From Hemiscyllium ocellatum (Eukaryota), in the NCBI RefSeq assembly GCF_020745735.1, contig NC_083433.1, positions 11,109,363 to 11,173,362 on the forward strand: a stretch of 64,000 nucleotides of DNA. Reading direction: 5' to 3'. Position numbers and translations under genes: made by a program. Below are positions 35,930 to 48,939 of the stretch, one piece after another; position 1 is the first letter of the stretch; each line of letters opens with the position of its first letter. Below the pieces are notes generated by a model. That model ran no database searches. It worked only from the letters and a program-made list of their open reading frames with translations, and was not told where the DNA came from.

Positions 35930-36120
35930 AAAAGAGAAAATGCTGGAAAATCTCAGCAGGTCTGGCAGCATCTGTCAGGAGAGAAAAGAGCTGACGTTTC
36001 AAGTCTAACAGTTAGACTCGAAACGTCAGCTCTTTTCTCTCCTTACGGATGCAGCCAGACCTGCTGAGATTTTCCAGCATTTTCTCTTTTAGTTTCAGAT
36101 TCCAGCATCCGCAGTAATTT
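35930..36120. repeat. Near-perfect palindrome (80-bp arms, 1-nt loop) derived from a Penelope-type pLTR
   Basis: Arms 35930-36009 and 36011-36090 with about 4 mismatches; retain GACTC-GAAACGTC but not CTGANGA. Confidence 0.85.
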
Positions 36121-37112
36121 GTATCCCTCTCGCATGGGGCCAATCTGTGAGGTTTTTTGAGATGATTCAAGGAGTTATTTGGATCGGGTGTTTGGAGAAA
36201 ATCTTTATCATCCGGTGGGGAAGCCCAATACAAGGAAGAAAAATCCTTGCATTTCTATAGCACCTTTCGTGACCTTCGGAGGCCTCAAAGTGTTTTCTTG
36301 CTAATTAACTACAATTAAAATGCACCATTCTTGTCCAGTGGGAAACAATAGATCAACTTCAAATTAGATTTTTGCTGTTCAGAGATAAAGTCAGGATCAA
36401 GCATTTTAAAAACTATTCCTAGGATATGGGCAACACCATTTATTGCCTATGCCTAGTTGCTTCTGAGAAAAGGATAGTGAGCTGCCTTTTTGAACCACTG
36501 CATTCCCTGTGGTGTAGGGACATCCACTGTGATGTTAGGGAGGGACTTCCAGGATTTTTGACCTGGTGAAATTGAAAGAATGGGGATATAGTTCCCAGTC
36601 AGAAATCTCTATGACTTGGAATGGGGGCTTGTGGGTAGTGATGTTACCATGCAACTGCTGCCCTTATCATTCCCGTTGGTCAAGATTGCAGATTTGGAAA
36701 GTGCGGTTACACACAGGATGGTGGAAATCTGCAACTTTCTTGCTGAAAAACCTGTTGAGGCCAAAGTGGACACAGTGAGAAATGGGCAGAGTTGAAATCT
36801 GGGGATGGATATTTCACCCAAGGATAGTCAGGCCAGAGTTATCAGGGAAGGTGATTGATGTAGCAAGCACAATAGGCAGCTGCTGCAAGGCATGGTTTGA
36901 GCAGTATGTTTCTTGTTTCATACAAATATTGTGCACACTTAGATACAACTTGTTGGTTCAACAATTATTTGTTCTATATATTTTCTACTGCACATAACCA
37001 ACTATCACAATATGGGGATACACCATGAGGCAAAAACTTATCATACTCTAGAGAAATACAAATTTGATGGAATGCAGGATATTTTGAAAAAAAATCCATT
37101 ATTTGCTCGCAT

Positions 37113-37392
37113 TTAGATTCCCTCTAGTGTGGAAACAGGCCCTCCAGCCCAACGAGTCCACACCAACCCTCCAAAGAGTAACCCACCCAGACCCATTCCC
37201 CCTAGCTCTAGGGGCAATTTAGAATGGTCAATTCACCTGACCTGCACATCTTTGGGCTGTGGGAGGAAACCCACACAGACACAGGGAGGATGTGCAAACA
37301 CCACACAGACAGTTACCCAGGGCTGGAATCAAACCCAGATTCCTGGTGCTGTGAGGCACCAGTGCTAACCATTGAGCCACCATGCCACCCCT
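37113..37392 (-). mobile_element. HE1-type V-SINE
   Basis: Reverse complement of the head, V-domain and tail. Confidence 0.85.
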
Positions 37393-37694
37393 TTAAAATT
37401 CACAAACAAGTGAACAACATTTTGAAAATTGAATATATACTTTTTTTTTTACAAATTTGTTGGCTCACTAAACACAAATTAAGTGTTGTGTTCCATACAT
37501 GACAATAGTGACTACACTTCAAAGGGCATTTCATCGCTTATGAAACACTTTGAGACAATCAGTGGCTGTGATAAGTGCTATAAAAATGCAAGTCTTTCCT
37601 TAATTTTCTGAGTGCAGCTTCAAAAACAAGCAAGCAGCTTGAAGCCATCCAGAAAGGCTCGTTTGATTTGTCTGTTTGCCACTGGACTATATGT

Positions 37695-37898
37695 AAAAAG
37701 TGAGGTCTGCAGATGCTGGAGATCAGAGCTGAAAATGTGTTGCTGGTTAAAGCACAGCAGGTCAGGCAGCATCCAAGGAACAGGAAATTTGACATTTCGG
37801 GCAAAAGCCTGATGAAGGGCTTTTGCCCGAAACGTCGAATTTCCTGTTCCTTGGATGCTGCCTGACCTGCTGCGCTTTAACCAGCAACACATTTTCAG
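37695..37898. mobile_element. Foldback Penelope-derived mini-element with hammerhead core at the centre
   Basis: 15-bp TSD CACTGGACTATATGT (37680-37694, 37899-37913). Inverted arms of about 82 bp. CTGATGA-A-GGGCTTTTGCCC-GAAACGTC at 37809-37836. Confidence 0.88.
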
Positions 37899-39373
37899 CA
37901 CTGGACTATATGTGGCAGCCAATCCAATATAGTCATGGTATGCTCATGCTGTGTAAGATCATGCGTTGCACTAAACTAGTGTTCCGTCAACTGCCAAGTC
38001 TTCCAAAATTCTGATGTGCTTGAGTAGTTGTTGAGTTAGTTTAGCCATGATTGGAGGAGCAGGGTTGAGGGCTCAATGGCCCATTCCTGATCAATTCTTG
38101 TTCCTTATTTACAGTAAATGGTTTGAACATAACATGACTTTTGCCTTTGTCAGTTTTGTCACCCAACCTGGAACTAATCATTGGGGCTTTTTTACAAGAA
38201 CGACTGCCAAATTATCAACCATGGAAAGGACTTCTTCATGAGTCAGAAGGCAATGGGTTCAAATTTTACTCTGAAAAATTTATCACCTAGTCACTGGCTA
38301 CCATCCTGAAGAAGACTCCTTTATTCTTAGTCTCTGCCTTCTGCCAGTCTTCCAATCTTCTATCCATGCCCCACAGTCCTTGTCCCTAACACCATGGGCT
38401 CTTACCTTATTAGCAGCTGCCTGTGCTGCACCGCATCAAAGGCTTTTTGGAAATCTAAGTAAATCACATCCACTGCTTCCCCCCACCCACTTTGTCAAAG
38501 GGCTCATTACCTCCTCAAAGAATTCTAACAGATTTGGCAGGCATGGCCTCGCCTTGACAAACCTGTACTGACTCCACCCTACTTTACCATGCACTTCCAA
38601 GTACTCCGCAATCTCATTCTTGATAATGGACTCTAAAGTCTGACCAATGACTGATGTTAGGCTAACTGGCCTACAGTTTCCTGTCTTCTAACTCTCTCCA
38701 TTCTTAAATAGGGATGTAATATTAGCCATTTTCCAGTCCTCTGGGATGGTCCCTGACTCCAGTAATTTCTGAAATATCACCACCAATGCCTTTCCAATCT
38801 CCTCAGCTACCTCCTTCAGAACCTTGGGGTGTAGTCCATCTAGTCTGAGTGATTTATTGGCCTTCAAACCTTTTAGTTTCCCTCGCACCTTCTCCTTAAT
38901 GATGGCCACTACACTTTCCTCTGCTCCATGACTCTCTTAAAGTTCTGCTGTGCTGCTGATGTCTTCCATTGTGAAAAGTGAAACAAAATACCTAATCAGC
39001 TCCTCCATCATTTCTTTATTCCCCATTATCACTGCCTCATTATCCAGCAGTCCAATGGCCACTCTTTGCTCTCTCTTACCTTTTCGATATCTAAAAAGAC
39101 TCTTGCAATCTTCTTTTATATTACTAGCTAGCTTACTCTCATTTTTCATCTTAATCCCCTTATTGCTTTTTTTAGTTATCCTCTGCTGATTTTTAAAAAG
39201 ATTCTCAATCCTCTGGCTTCCCACTATTCTTTTTCTTTTACTTTTATGCTGTCCCCGACTTCCCTTGTCAGCCATGGTTGCCTCATCCTCCACTTAACAT
39301 GTTTTTTCTTCTTTGGGATTAATTTCCACTGAGCCTCCCAAATTACCCCAGAAACTCCTGCCATTCCTGCTCC

Positions 39374-39507
39374 TTTATTCCTGATGAAGGGCTTTTGCCC
39401 GAAACGTCGATTTCGCTGCACTTTGGATGCTGCCTGAACTGCTGTGCTCTTCCAGCACCACTAATCCAGAATCTGGTTTCCAGCATCTGCAGTCATTGTT
39501 TTTACCA
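39374..39507 (+). mobile_element. Non-autonomous Penelope pLTR mini-element with hammerhead ribozyme, inserted in a CR1 LINE
   Basis: 12-bp TSD CATTCCTGCTCC (39362-39373, 39508-39519). Same sequence as the 3' end of the Penelope element at 9819-10528. Confidence 0.88.
39377..39412 (+). ncRNA. Minimal type I hammerhead ribozyme (intact core)
   Basis: AUUC CUGAUGA A GGGC-UUUU-GCCC GAAA CGUC^GAUU. Conserved core, 4-bp stem II, self-complementary ACGU in place of stem III, short stem I with one U-U. Predicted cleavage after 39408. Confidence 0.75.
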
Positions 39508-41639
39508 CATTCCTGCTCCACTGTCTTCCCTGCTTGGCTCCCCTTCTAATCAGCTCTGGCCACTCCTCCTTCATGACTTTGTAGTTACTTTTACTTAATT
39601 GTAATACCATTACATCTGATCCAGTCTTCTCCCTCTCACTCTCAGGATGAATTCTATCATGTTATGGTCATTCACCTTCAGCTCCCTAATCAAGTCTGCC
39701 TCATTACACATCACCAAATCCAGATTTGTCCGTTCCCTCATGGGTTCTACAACAAGCTGCTCCAAAACATCATCTAATAGACATTCCACAAATTCCTTCT
39801 CTTGAGATCCACTATCGAAATGATTTTTACAGTCCACCTGCATATTGAAGTCCCCCATGATGATTGTAACAGTGCCTTTCTTACACATACCTTTTCTATC
39901 TCCTGATTTATTTCCTTTCCTACACCCTGCCTACTGCTCAGAGGCCTGTACACAACTCCCATCAGGGTCTTTGTCCTTTGTGGTTCCTCAACTCTATCCA
40001 TACAGATTTTATATCTTCCGACTCTATACCACTTGTTGCTGTTGATTTAATTTCACTTATCATGAACAAGGTAACTCCGCTCCCTCTGCCCATCTGCCTG
40101 TCCTTTCTATCAGGCACATTGGATATTTAGTTCTTAGCCCTGATCCCCTTGCAGCCACGTCTCTGTGATACCCACAACATCATTCATACCAATTTCAATC
40201 TGCGCTATAAGCTCATTTACCCTGTTTTGTATACTGAATGCATTTAAGTACAACACCCTCAGTCCTGTATTGACTGCCCCCTTCTCATAATTGTCACCTT
40301 ATCTGTTGTACCTGAAGTTAGACGTCTGACTCTTTCCATTTGTTCTGTCCTATTGCTTATTCTTGAAACCTCTGCTGAGCCGTCCCCACCTTTAACCTTT
40401 TCCATAACTTTCCATGCAACTGAACCCACACCCCACTGTTTGGTTTAAAGCCCTACTCACAGTCCTAGTTATGTGATTCACAAGGTCTCTGGTCACAGCA
40501 TGATTCAGGTGGAGCCCATCCCATTGGAATAGCTCCCTCCTCCTCCAGTACTGATGCAATGTCCTATGAATTCAAACTCATTTTTCCCACACCAATCTCT
40601 GGAGCACATGTTTACCTCTTTAATCTTGTTGACCCTGTGCCAGTTTTCTTGTGGCTCAGGTAGTAATCCAGAGATTATTACCTTTTTGGTTCTCCCTTTC
40701 AATTTAGCCCCTAGCTGTTCATATTCCCTCAGAGAACCCCTTTCCTCTTTCTGTCTATATCGTTGGTACCCATGTGGACCACAACAACTGGATCTTTCCC
40801 TTCCTCTCCAGCCCAGATAAGATATCCTGAACTCGGGCACCAGGCAGGCAATACAGTTTTTGGGACTCTCGATCCTGGTTACAGAGAACAGTGTCTATTC
40901 TCCTGACTATACTATCTTCTATTATAATTACATTTTTCTTTTCTTCCCCCTTTTGAATGGCTTTACAATGATGCTATAGTCAGTTTGCTCACCCTCTCTA
41001 CAGCCCCCACTCTCATCCACACAGGGAGTGAGAACCTTAAACCTGTTAGACACAAGCTCAAGGGCTGAGACTCCTTCAGCACTACCTCCTGGATCCCTCT
41101 ATTTGCCTTGCCTATAGTCATACCCTCCTGCCCCTGACCACTGACCGAACTTAAGGCAGTTAATCTAAGGGGTGTGACTCCCTCCTGAAACACAGCTTTC
41201 AGGTAACTCTTTCCCTCCAAGTTGTGTCGCAGTGTTCCAAGCTCAGATTCTGAGCTGGACTTCCTCAAGCAACCAGCACTTGCAAACTAGGAACCACAAT
41301 GAGTCCAACAGGTCCCACATCGTGCAATTACTATACATTGTCCGGCCTGGTATCTCTATTTTAAATCCTTAGTCTTTAATTAGATTTTTAAAAATTTCAT
41401 ACCATTCTTTTATTTTGTATTCTGTAAATATATCCCTATTTACCTAGGTAAATTAGTAACTAACACCAACCAATGAACATACGCGTTTCCTGTGATGTCA
41501 CTGCTTTGTGCTCGGCCCTGAATCCTAAGCTTCAACTTATCCTGTAATATAACCTTCCAAACTATGAACCAAAAAAAGCAAGCAAAGTGATCCTCTATTC
41601 TTCTGTACTGAATTCCCACATTGCCTACCCCAATTTTTC

Positions 41640-42840
41640 TTTGAGAAAGGTGACCAAACAGGTGATGAGGGTAAAGAAGTTGATATGGCATATTAGATAT
41701 GGCATATATGAATTTCAGTAAGGTGTTGGATAAGGTTCCCGTGGTGGGCTATTGCACTTGCATGGGGTTGAAGGTGATTTAACGGTTCGGATCAGTAATT
41801 GGTTAGCTGAAAGAAGACAGAGGTTGGTGGTTGATGGGAAATATTCATCCTGGAGTTCAGTTACTAGTGGTGTACTGCAAGGATCTGTTTTGGGTCCAAT
41901 GATGTTTGTCATTTTTATAAAATGACCTCGATGAGGGCGTAGAAGAATAGGTTAGTAAATTTGCGGATGACACTAAGATCAGTACAGTTGTGGATAGTGC
42001 AGAAGGATGTTGTAGGTTACAGAGGGACCTAGATAAGCTGCGGAGTTGAGCTGAGAGGTGGCAAATGGAGTTTAACGTGGAAAAGTGTGAGTTGATTCAC
42101 TTTGGAAGGAGCAACAGGAATGCAGAGTACTGGGCTAATCGTAAAATTCTTGGTAGTGTAGATGAGCAGAGGGATCATAGATCCCTGAAAGTTGCCACCC
42201 AAGTTGATAGGGTTGTTAAGAAGGCATACAGTGTGTTAGCTTTTATTGGAAGAGGGATTGAGTTTTCTAACCATGAGGTCAAGCTGCAGCTGTACAAAAC
42301 TCTGGTGCAGCTGCATTTGAAGTATTGCTTACAGTAATGGTCACCGCATTATAGGAAAAATATGGAAGCTTTGGAAAGGATTCAGAGGAGATTTACTAGG
42401 ATGTTGTTTGGCGTGGAGGGAAGGTCTTATGAGGAAAAGCCGAGAGACTTGAGACTGTTTTTGTTGGAGAGAAGAAGGTTGGGAGGTAACTTAATTGAGA
42501 CATATAAGATAATCAGAGGGTTAGATAGGGTGGACAGTGAGATCCTTTTTCCTTGGATGGTGATGGCTAGTATGAGAGGACATAGCTTTAAGTTGAGGGA
42601 TGATAGATAAAGGACAGATGTCAGAGGTAGTTTCTTTACTCAGAGAGTAGTGGGGGTATAGAATGCACTGCCTGTAACAGTAGTAGACTTGCCAACTTTA
42701 AGGGTAATTAAATGGTCTTTGGATAGACATATGGATGAAAATAGAACAATGTAGGTTAGATGGGCTTCAAATTGGTTTCATAGGTCAGCGCAACATCGAG
42801 GGCCAAAGGGCCTATACTGTGCTGTAATGTTCTATGTTTA
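41640..42840 (+). mobile_element. CR1/HER1 LINE 3' half (RT to tail)
   Basis: FADDTK region, MEFNVEKC, LYKTLV, GHSFKLR, CR1-type tail. Confidence 0.9.
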
Positions 42841-44899
42841 AATTCCCCAAACCATATCTCACTTTGGATGGGATGTCTCCTTCTTGACCTTGTGAAGCTT
42901 ACTGAATAAAATTAACTAATATAAATTAGCTGTTGTGTTCTGCACATTACCTGCACATTCCCAGAGATACGGTGTTCTCTCTGTTCTCCTCCCTGATACT
43001 CAACCCGTATCACAAAAGCAGATGATCTGGTGATTATGGCATTGTTTGTAGGTGCTTGCGGTGATAAATTGCCCTGTTTCTTACAACACTACAATAATAC
43101 CACTCCATTGGTTACAAAGCATTTTTGAGATGTTCCCATAACAAGAAGGTTGTGAAATTAATGCAAGTTTTTCTTTTCAAGGGGGAAAGATGAGAGAAAA
43201 TTGTGTGGCTTGTTTTCAATTATGGCATCAAAAAATTGCTTGTCACCATGGCGATAAATTTTCCAGTATTATAATTCTTTGTGAGCTACGTAGAAAATAA
43301 CCCTGTGAGCTCAAACAAAAATGCAAGTCAGCTTGCATTTCCAATTTGCAATAAAATCATTTCAACTATGTTGTTATTTAGGTGGCTACTTCTAAACTCA
43401 AGGGTTCTGGGTTGTAGTGGGACATCAGGGACAGAAGTCATGAGCTCCTGTCTTAAATAGGTGGCCTCACCCTCAACTCAAGCACAATGGGTTCCCTACG
43501 GCCTCAGTTCTTGAGCTCTGATGTACTTCCTTGTCCTGGACCTTTAAGGGAGGAGGAGCTAAATTCCCAGCCTCCATAGGATTGAATGTGTATATCAGCA
43601 ATAATGCCACATCCTCCACATGGTTGAATTGCCCACTGCCCACTCGATATCAAGCCACACATAACAGTGATGCTCAATTGGGTGAATCAATGGCCATCAA
43701 CTACGACCCATGGAACTGCACTGTAAATGTCATCCTCAGACCAGCTCTGAAGAGATCAAACATCCTTGCCAATGCACAGAAGATCAAGGCATGGACTTTC
43801 CCACTCCAAGCTCATTCAGCAAGGCATTGAATATTTCAAAAGACTTTGTCAAGTTGCAGGAGTGAAGTTGAGGCTTTGGAGGCAGCCCAACAGCTGTACA
43901 CCAAACCCTCCAAACGTCTGCTAACACGTAGCTGAGTCACACATAGGACTTATCGATCCTGAAGGACAGGCTAAGAAGGAAGAAGATCGTAAGAAAAAGA
44001 CGATTGCAATAATTGCACCTTTAACAGCCATTGCATTGCTCTGAGCACCTTTCAGCTATTTAAGAATTTTGTTTGGAGCACAGTCACTTATATAATGTCA
44101 AATATCCAATTTGCACACCACAAGCTCCTGCAAAAGGCAATGTGATAATCTCAATTTGTTATGATGTTGTTTGAGGGCTCAGTGTTGGCCAGGTCACCAA
44201 GGATAATTTCTTTGCTGTTCTTCAAAATAGTAATACATGGTCTTTTACATTTACCTGAGCAGGCAGATGGGGCATCAGTTTAACATCTTAACTGAAGGAT
44301 GGCACTCCTTCAGCACTGCAGTGCCAGTGTGCCCCTGGAGTGGAACATGAACCCAGAAACTTGTGATTCAGAGGTGAGTATCCTGTAACTTGTGGATTAG
44401 AAAGACATATCTTTTTATTTTTCTGGGTTTTTCATTGTGAAATGTATTGTTTTGAAAATCAAAGATTAAAGGATTGCTGCACTTTATAACACAAAACCCA
44501 TTATAAGTACTGTTTACATGGCAGTAGTGCAAGCCTAGTTTGCAGTTGAGCTGGAGCCAAGGAATGTGCACAAATGAGGCTCTGGCTGACAAAATAACTG
44601 ATTGGTCTATGGACTAGTTACCGATTAACGATGACAAAGACCTTCGACCTGTCAACAATTACGGGATCAGCTCTCATGTAGCTGAACAACTTTGGGTTGT
44701 GAATGTTTTGTTAGAAGCTATCGGATCTTTGGAAGAGGAGAAGCTGCTCTTTGCAGTAAAAAGCATTTGAGGAGAGCCAATTTGGTCCCCCTTATATAAG
44801 CTGTGTTACCTTACTGCAAGCCGTGACTTTTCATTGACAAATTAAGGACCTTAATAATTGGAAACCAGTTGCTCCATGCATCCTGCAAACAGGTGACCT

Positions 44900-45470
44900 G
44901 TTAGTGCAAGTGTACAAGATGCTGGTGAGACAACATCTGGAATTCAGTGAACAGTTTTGGTCCATTTATTTAAAAGATATTATTTCTTTGGAGGCGGTTC
45001 AGAGAAGGTTCCCCAGGATGATCCTCAGTATGGATGGACTGTTTTATGAGCAAAGGTTAAACAGGTTGGGACTGTACTCAGTGGGATTTAGAAGAATGAG
45101 AGGAGATCCAACGGAAATATGTAAGATTCTTAAAAGGTTTGACAAGGTAAATACTGAGAGGATGTTTCCCTCACGGACAGTCTAGAACCCGAGGGCACAG
45201 TCTCAGAATTAAGACTGAGTTGAGAAGGAATTTCTTCTCTTGGACAGTTTTAAATCTTGGAAACACCTTTTCACAGAGATGTGCAAGGCCAGAATCCATG
45301 TGTATATTTAAGGCTGAGACGGATAGATTCTTAATCAGTTGGGGAATTAAGGTTTATGGGGAACAGGGAAAGAAAGTGGACGTGCAGAATGTTAGATCAG
45401 TCATGATCATATTGAATGGGAGAGCAGGCTCGAGGGGCTGAACTGCCTACACTTGTTCCTATTTGTTTTG
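44900..45470 (+). mobile_element. CR1 3' fragment
   Basis: YKMLVRQHLE..FW..LEAVQRRF..FRRMRGD. Confidence 0.85.
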
Positions 45471-45979
45471 ATCTTACAGATGAAAATATCTGGAGAAAGA
45501 TAATGGAGAAGCTGTATTCTGATCAGCACAAGAATCATTTTAGCAAACCTTGTGGACAAGGACAACTGAACGCTACTTGTTGGATGCTGCCTGAACTGCT
45601 GTGCTCTTCCAGCACCACTGATCCAGATCCCAACTGAACTGTCTGCCCGGTCTTATCCTCTGCTAGAACACACAAGTTGGTTTTTCCTGTCTATGTTTGC
45701 TTGGAGAGGGGGAGCTTATAAGGGAGTTTTAACTGGTAAAGTTATATGTTGACAGTCCAATATTGCTGCCCTGGAGTTGCAGTTGAATTATTTGCAATTA
45801 ATAGTCATTCCTTGGTACATGCAGAAACCTGGCCTGTGGATTCCAGTAAACTTGGTCTAAAAGGGAGGTAAATTGAGGAATTCTGTATACATTTAAAAAT
45901 CTTTAACTTTTGCTACGATTTTGGCAATAGCAGGATTTGGTTTTGATCTTGCCACGTCAGTGAGACATAACAGTACATG

Positions 45980-46400
45980 GCTGGTGAAAGAGTTATAAAT
46001 CAATGTTGAGGATATCAATCCATTCAATAGCTTTATCCGCTACAGTGTGAATGGCTATGAAGCTACCAGGGATGGATCTATAAGGGGTTCAGTCTGTGGG
46101 CAGTCCTCTGGAAATGATTGGCCACAGTCACAATGTCAGTTTGTTCAACTCATAGGGGAAATGGCCACATTGGAGATATGCCTCCTGCAAATCCTCAAAG
46201 TGGTTGAGAGTTCTACAAGTTTTCCATGGAAGGTCCTTGCAAACCTAAGATTTCGACACTTGGGTCCATCACCAGGTTGCAGCTGGTGAAGTTGGCAAGT
46301 CCACTGGTTCGGGGGAGGGGGCACCAACAAAGTTTGGGGCTGTCATTAGTTTGTAGTGTGTTTTTGGTAGGGGCTACGGGATTTCACATGAGTCACATGA
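45980..46400 (-). mobile_element. Decayed Ingi/Vingi-like LINE 3' end
   Basis: Minus translation ..LVMDPS..CDCG..CP..PGSFIAIHTVADKAIEWIDILNIDL* resembles the Vingi C-terminus. Confidence 0.5.
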
Positions 46401-47597
46401 AGTTCTTATTTCGATCCCTAGCTGACATGTACTAAACTGTTGTAAGTTTGTTATGAAAAATTACATTTTTTTTGCAAAAAGGTAGACTCATTTTCAACTT
46501 AGGGTGTAGAATTATGGTAAGAGGAAGTGGTGGGATCCTATCTCTAACACTCTGTGATAGTGAGAATGAGTCAATTGCTCCTGTTAGATGAGAGTGTGTG
46601 TGAATTACTGTCACCACACCATCTCCCTCCAGTCATCAGGTTAACCACAGACCAGTCTTATCTCTGTCTTTATACTCTCATACCTTTAGTTCTATATTTC
46701 CATATTTGAGAAGAACTCTAGAGAAGGCAGCGAGCTCACCGGTGTAAAATGTGGCCTGTAATTTTCCCTCCATTTTCTTCCTGCCACCCTGCTCCCCATC
46801 CCTTGCTCCTCGTTTCTTTGCTGCTGATCTGAGACCTCCACATTTTCAGACATCAAGGTAGTTTCAAACAAAAGAAGCTGTGTTCATAACCAGATTCCCT
46901 GGTGTCTGTTTTCCATTGCCTAGACATCACAGTCAAGTGACTTTTCAGTGATAAGTCGGCCGAGCGTAACTTTATTTTTGATAAATAGAGTTTTTAACTT
47001 CATAAATTCTACTGACTTATTTTGTAGTGTGGATTCCCATGGGTGCCAATGGCCATCCATGTCCTATCGGCTGTTCTTCTCCGGGATCTCAGTTGTACTG
47101 GATCATCAGCCCCCTGTTTGACTGCCAATCCCACATTTATCTGACAAAATTCATGGGATGCGGTCCCGCTGGCTGGACCAGCTTTTATTACCTCAACTGC
47201 CACCTTCTTGAAGTGGTGCAGTCCATTTGGTGTAAGGACACCCAGATTACTGTGAGGGAGAGACTTTCAGGAATTTGACTCCATGATGATGAAGGCACAG
47301 CTGATATATTCCCAAGTCAGGATGGTGTGTGGTTTGGAGGGGAACTTGCAGGTGGTGGTGATCCCATGTACCTTGTCCTTCGAGATTGTAGGGGTTGAGG
47401 GTTTTGGAAGGTGATGTCTAAGGAGCATATGTTGCCAATAGATCTTTATCAGGATCAGGAGGAGAATGCATTGATGTTGTTTTCTCTTTACCCAATCTAA
47501 ATCCAACTGTGATTCAATGTTAGCAAAAGCACATGACTCCACTAGGGAGTGCTATTGAAGAGAAAGACGTAAGAGTTCAGGTACAAGGTTCTTTCAG

Positions 47598-47875
47598 AAT
47601 TAGATTCCCTACAGGGTGGGAACAGGTCCTTCTGCCCAACAACACCAATCCTCCGATGAGCGAGCAACCCATCCACCTCTGACTAATGCACCCACTATGG
47701 GCTATTTAATATGGCCAATTCACCTGATCCGCATATCTTTGGACTGTGGGAAGGAACTAGAGCACCCAGAGGAAATACGGGGAGAATGTGCAAACCCCAC
47801 ACAGACAGTCACCCAAGGCTGGGAACCCGAGTGCTGTGAGGCAGCAGCGCAAACCATTGAGCCACCATGCCACCC
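47598..47875 (-). mobile_element. HE1-type V-SINE
   Basis: Reverse complement with internal deletions. Confidence 0.8.
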
Positions 47876-48490
47876 ATACAGTATCACAAGTAGACAGGGT
47901 GGTTAAGAATGTGTTTACTACGCCTGCTCAGACCATCGTTATAAGAGTTGGGATGTCATGTTGACGTTGTACAGGACGTTGGTGAGGCCACATTTAGAGT
48001 ACTGTCTACAGTTCTGGTCACCCTACTATAAGAAGCATATTATTAAATTGGAGATGGTTCAGAAAAGATTTACCAGGATGTTGCTGGAACTGGAGGTTTT
48101 GAGTTATGAGGAGAGGCTGGATAGGCTGGAGCATAGGAGGTTTAAAAAATCATAAGGGGTTTGGATAAGCTAAATAGCAAAAGTATTTTCCCTCAAGTGG
48201 GTGATTTCAAAACTAGGGAGCATATTTTTAAGGTGAGAGGAGAAAGATCTAAAATGGACCTGACAGGCAGCTTTTTCACATGGAGGATAGTTCATATGTG
48301 GAATGAACTGCCAGAGGAAGTGGTGGATGTAGGTACAGTTAAAACATTTGAAAGACATTTGAAGAAGTACATGAATAGGAAAGGATATGGGCCAAATGCA
48401 GGCAAGTGGGACCAGTTTAGTTTGGGAAACGTAGTCGGTGTGGATGAGTTGGACCAAAGGGTCTGCTTCTGTGCAGAATGACTGTATCAC
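47876..48490 (+). mobile_element. CR1/HER1 3' fragment
   Basis: LYRTLVRPHLEYCLQFWSP; WNELPEEVV. Confidence 0.88.
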
Positions 48491-48939
48491 TAACTTTGCA
48501 CTTGCATCAGATGTTTTGCTAGCAATTCTCCATTCCACAATCTCAAATTCCTAAAGATTGCCATACTTACTTAGAAAAATAGCTTCAATTTTCCTTCACA
48601 ATCGTGTTAAAACTGTGGTACTCCCTTCTTAACAGCACTATAGGAGCACATTCATTACATAGATTGCAATGATTCAAGAAGTGTGGGGTGTAAGTAAGTA
48701 CCAACTTCTCAAGGAATTAGGCATTTTAAAATCCTTTTTAATGGGACATGGGTATTTGCTGGTCGGGTCAGCATGAATTGCCCTTTTGTAATTGTCATAG
48801 TCAAAGATTTAAACAGCATGGATGTGGATCCTTTGGTCTGGCCAGTTCATGCTGAACATAATCCCAAACTAAACTAGTCCCAACTGCTTACTCCTCCTTG
48901 AGAATATGGTGACCTGACTTGAACTGGAACAGTCTTTAA

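Larger units (their letters stand above)
38283..41500 (-). mobile_element. Long decayed CR1 LINE: ORF1 (SGNH-esterase-like), APE endonuclease and start of RT
   Basis: KKVIISGLLP...WCGKNEFEFIGH (ORF1); GVVYRP, IIMGDFN, LDLVMCNE, DHNMIEF (endonuclease); DGLHPKVLKE, PEDWKMAN; many frameshifts. Confidence 0.9.

Noticed and set aside
38283-42840. Head-to-head CR1 pieces as one twin-primed (5'-inverted) insertion
   Set aside because: The two pieces overlap in the RT region but differ strongly there (different subfamilies), and no shared TSD was seen.
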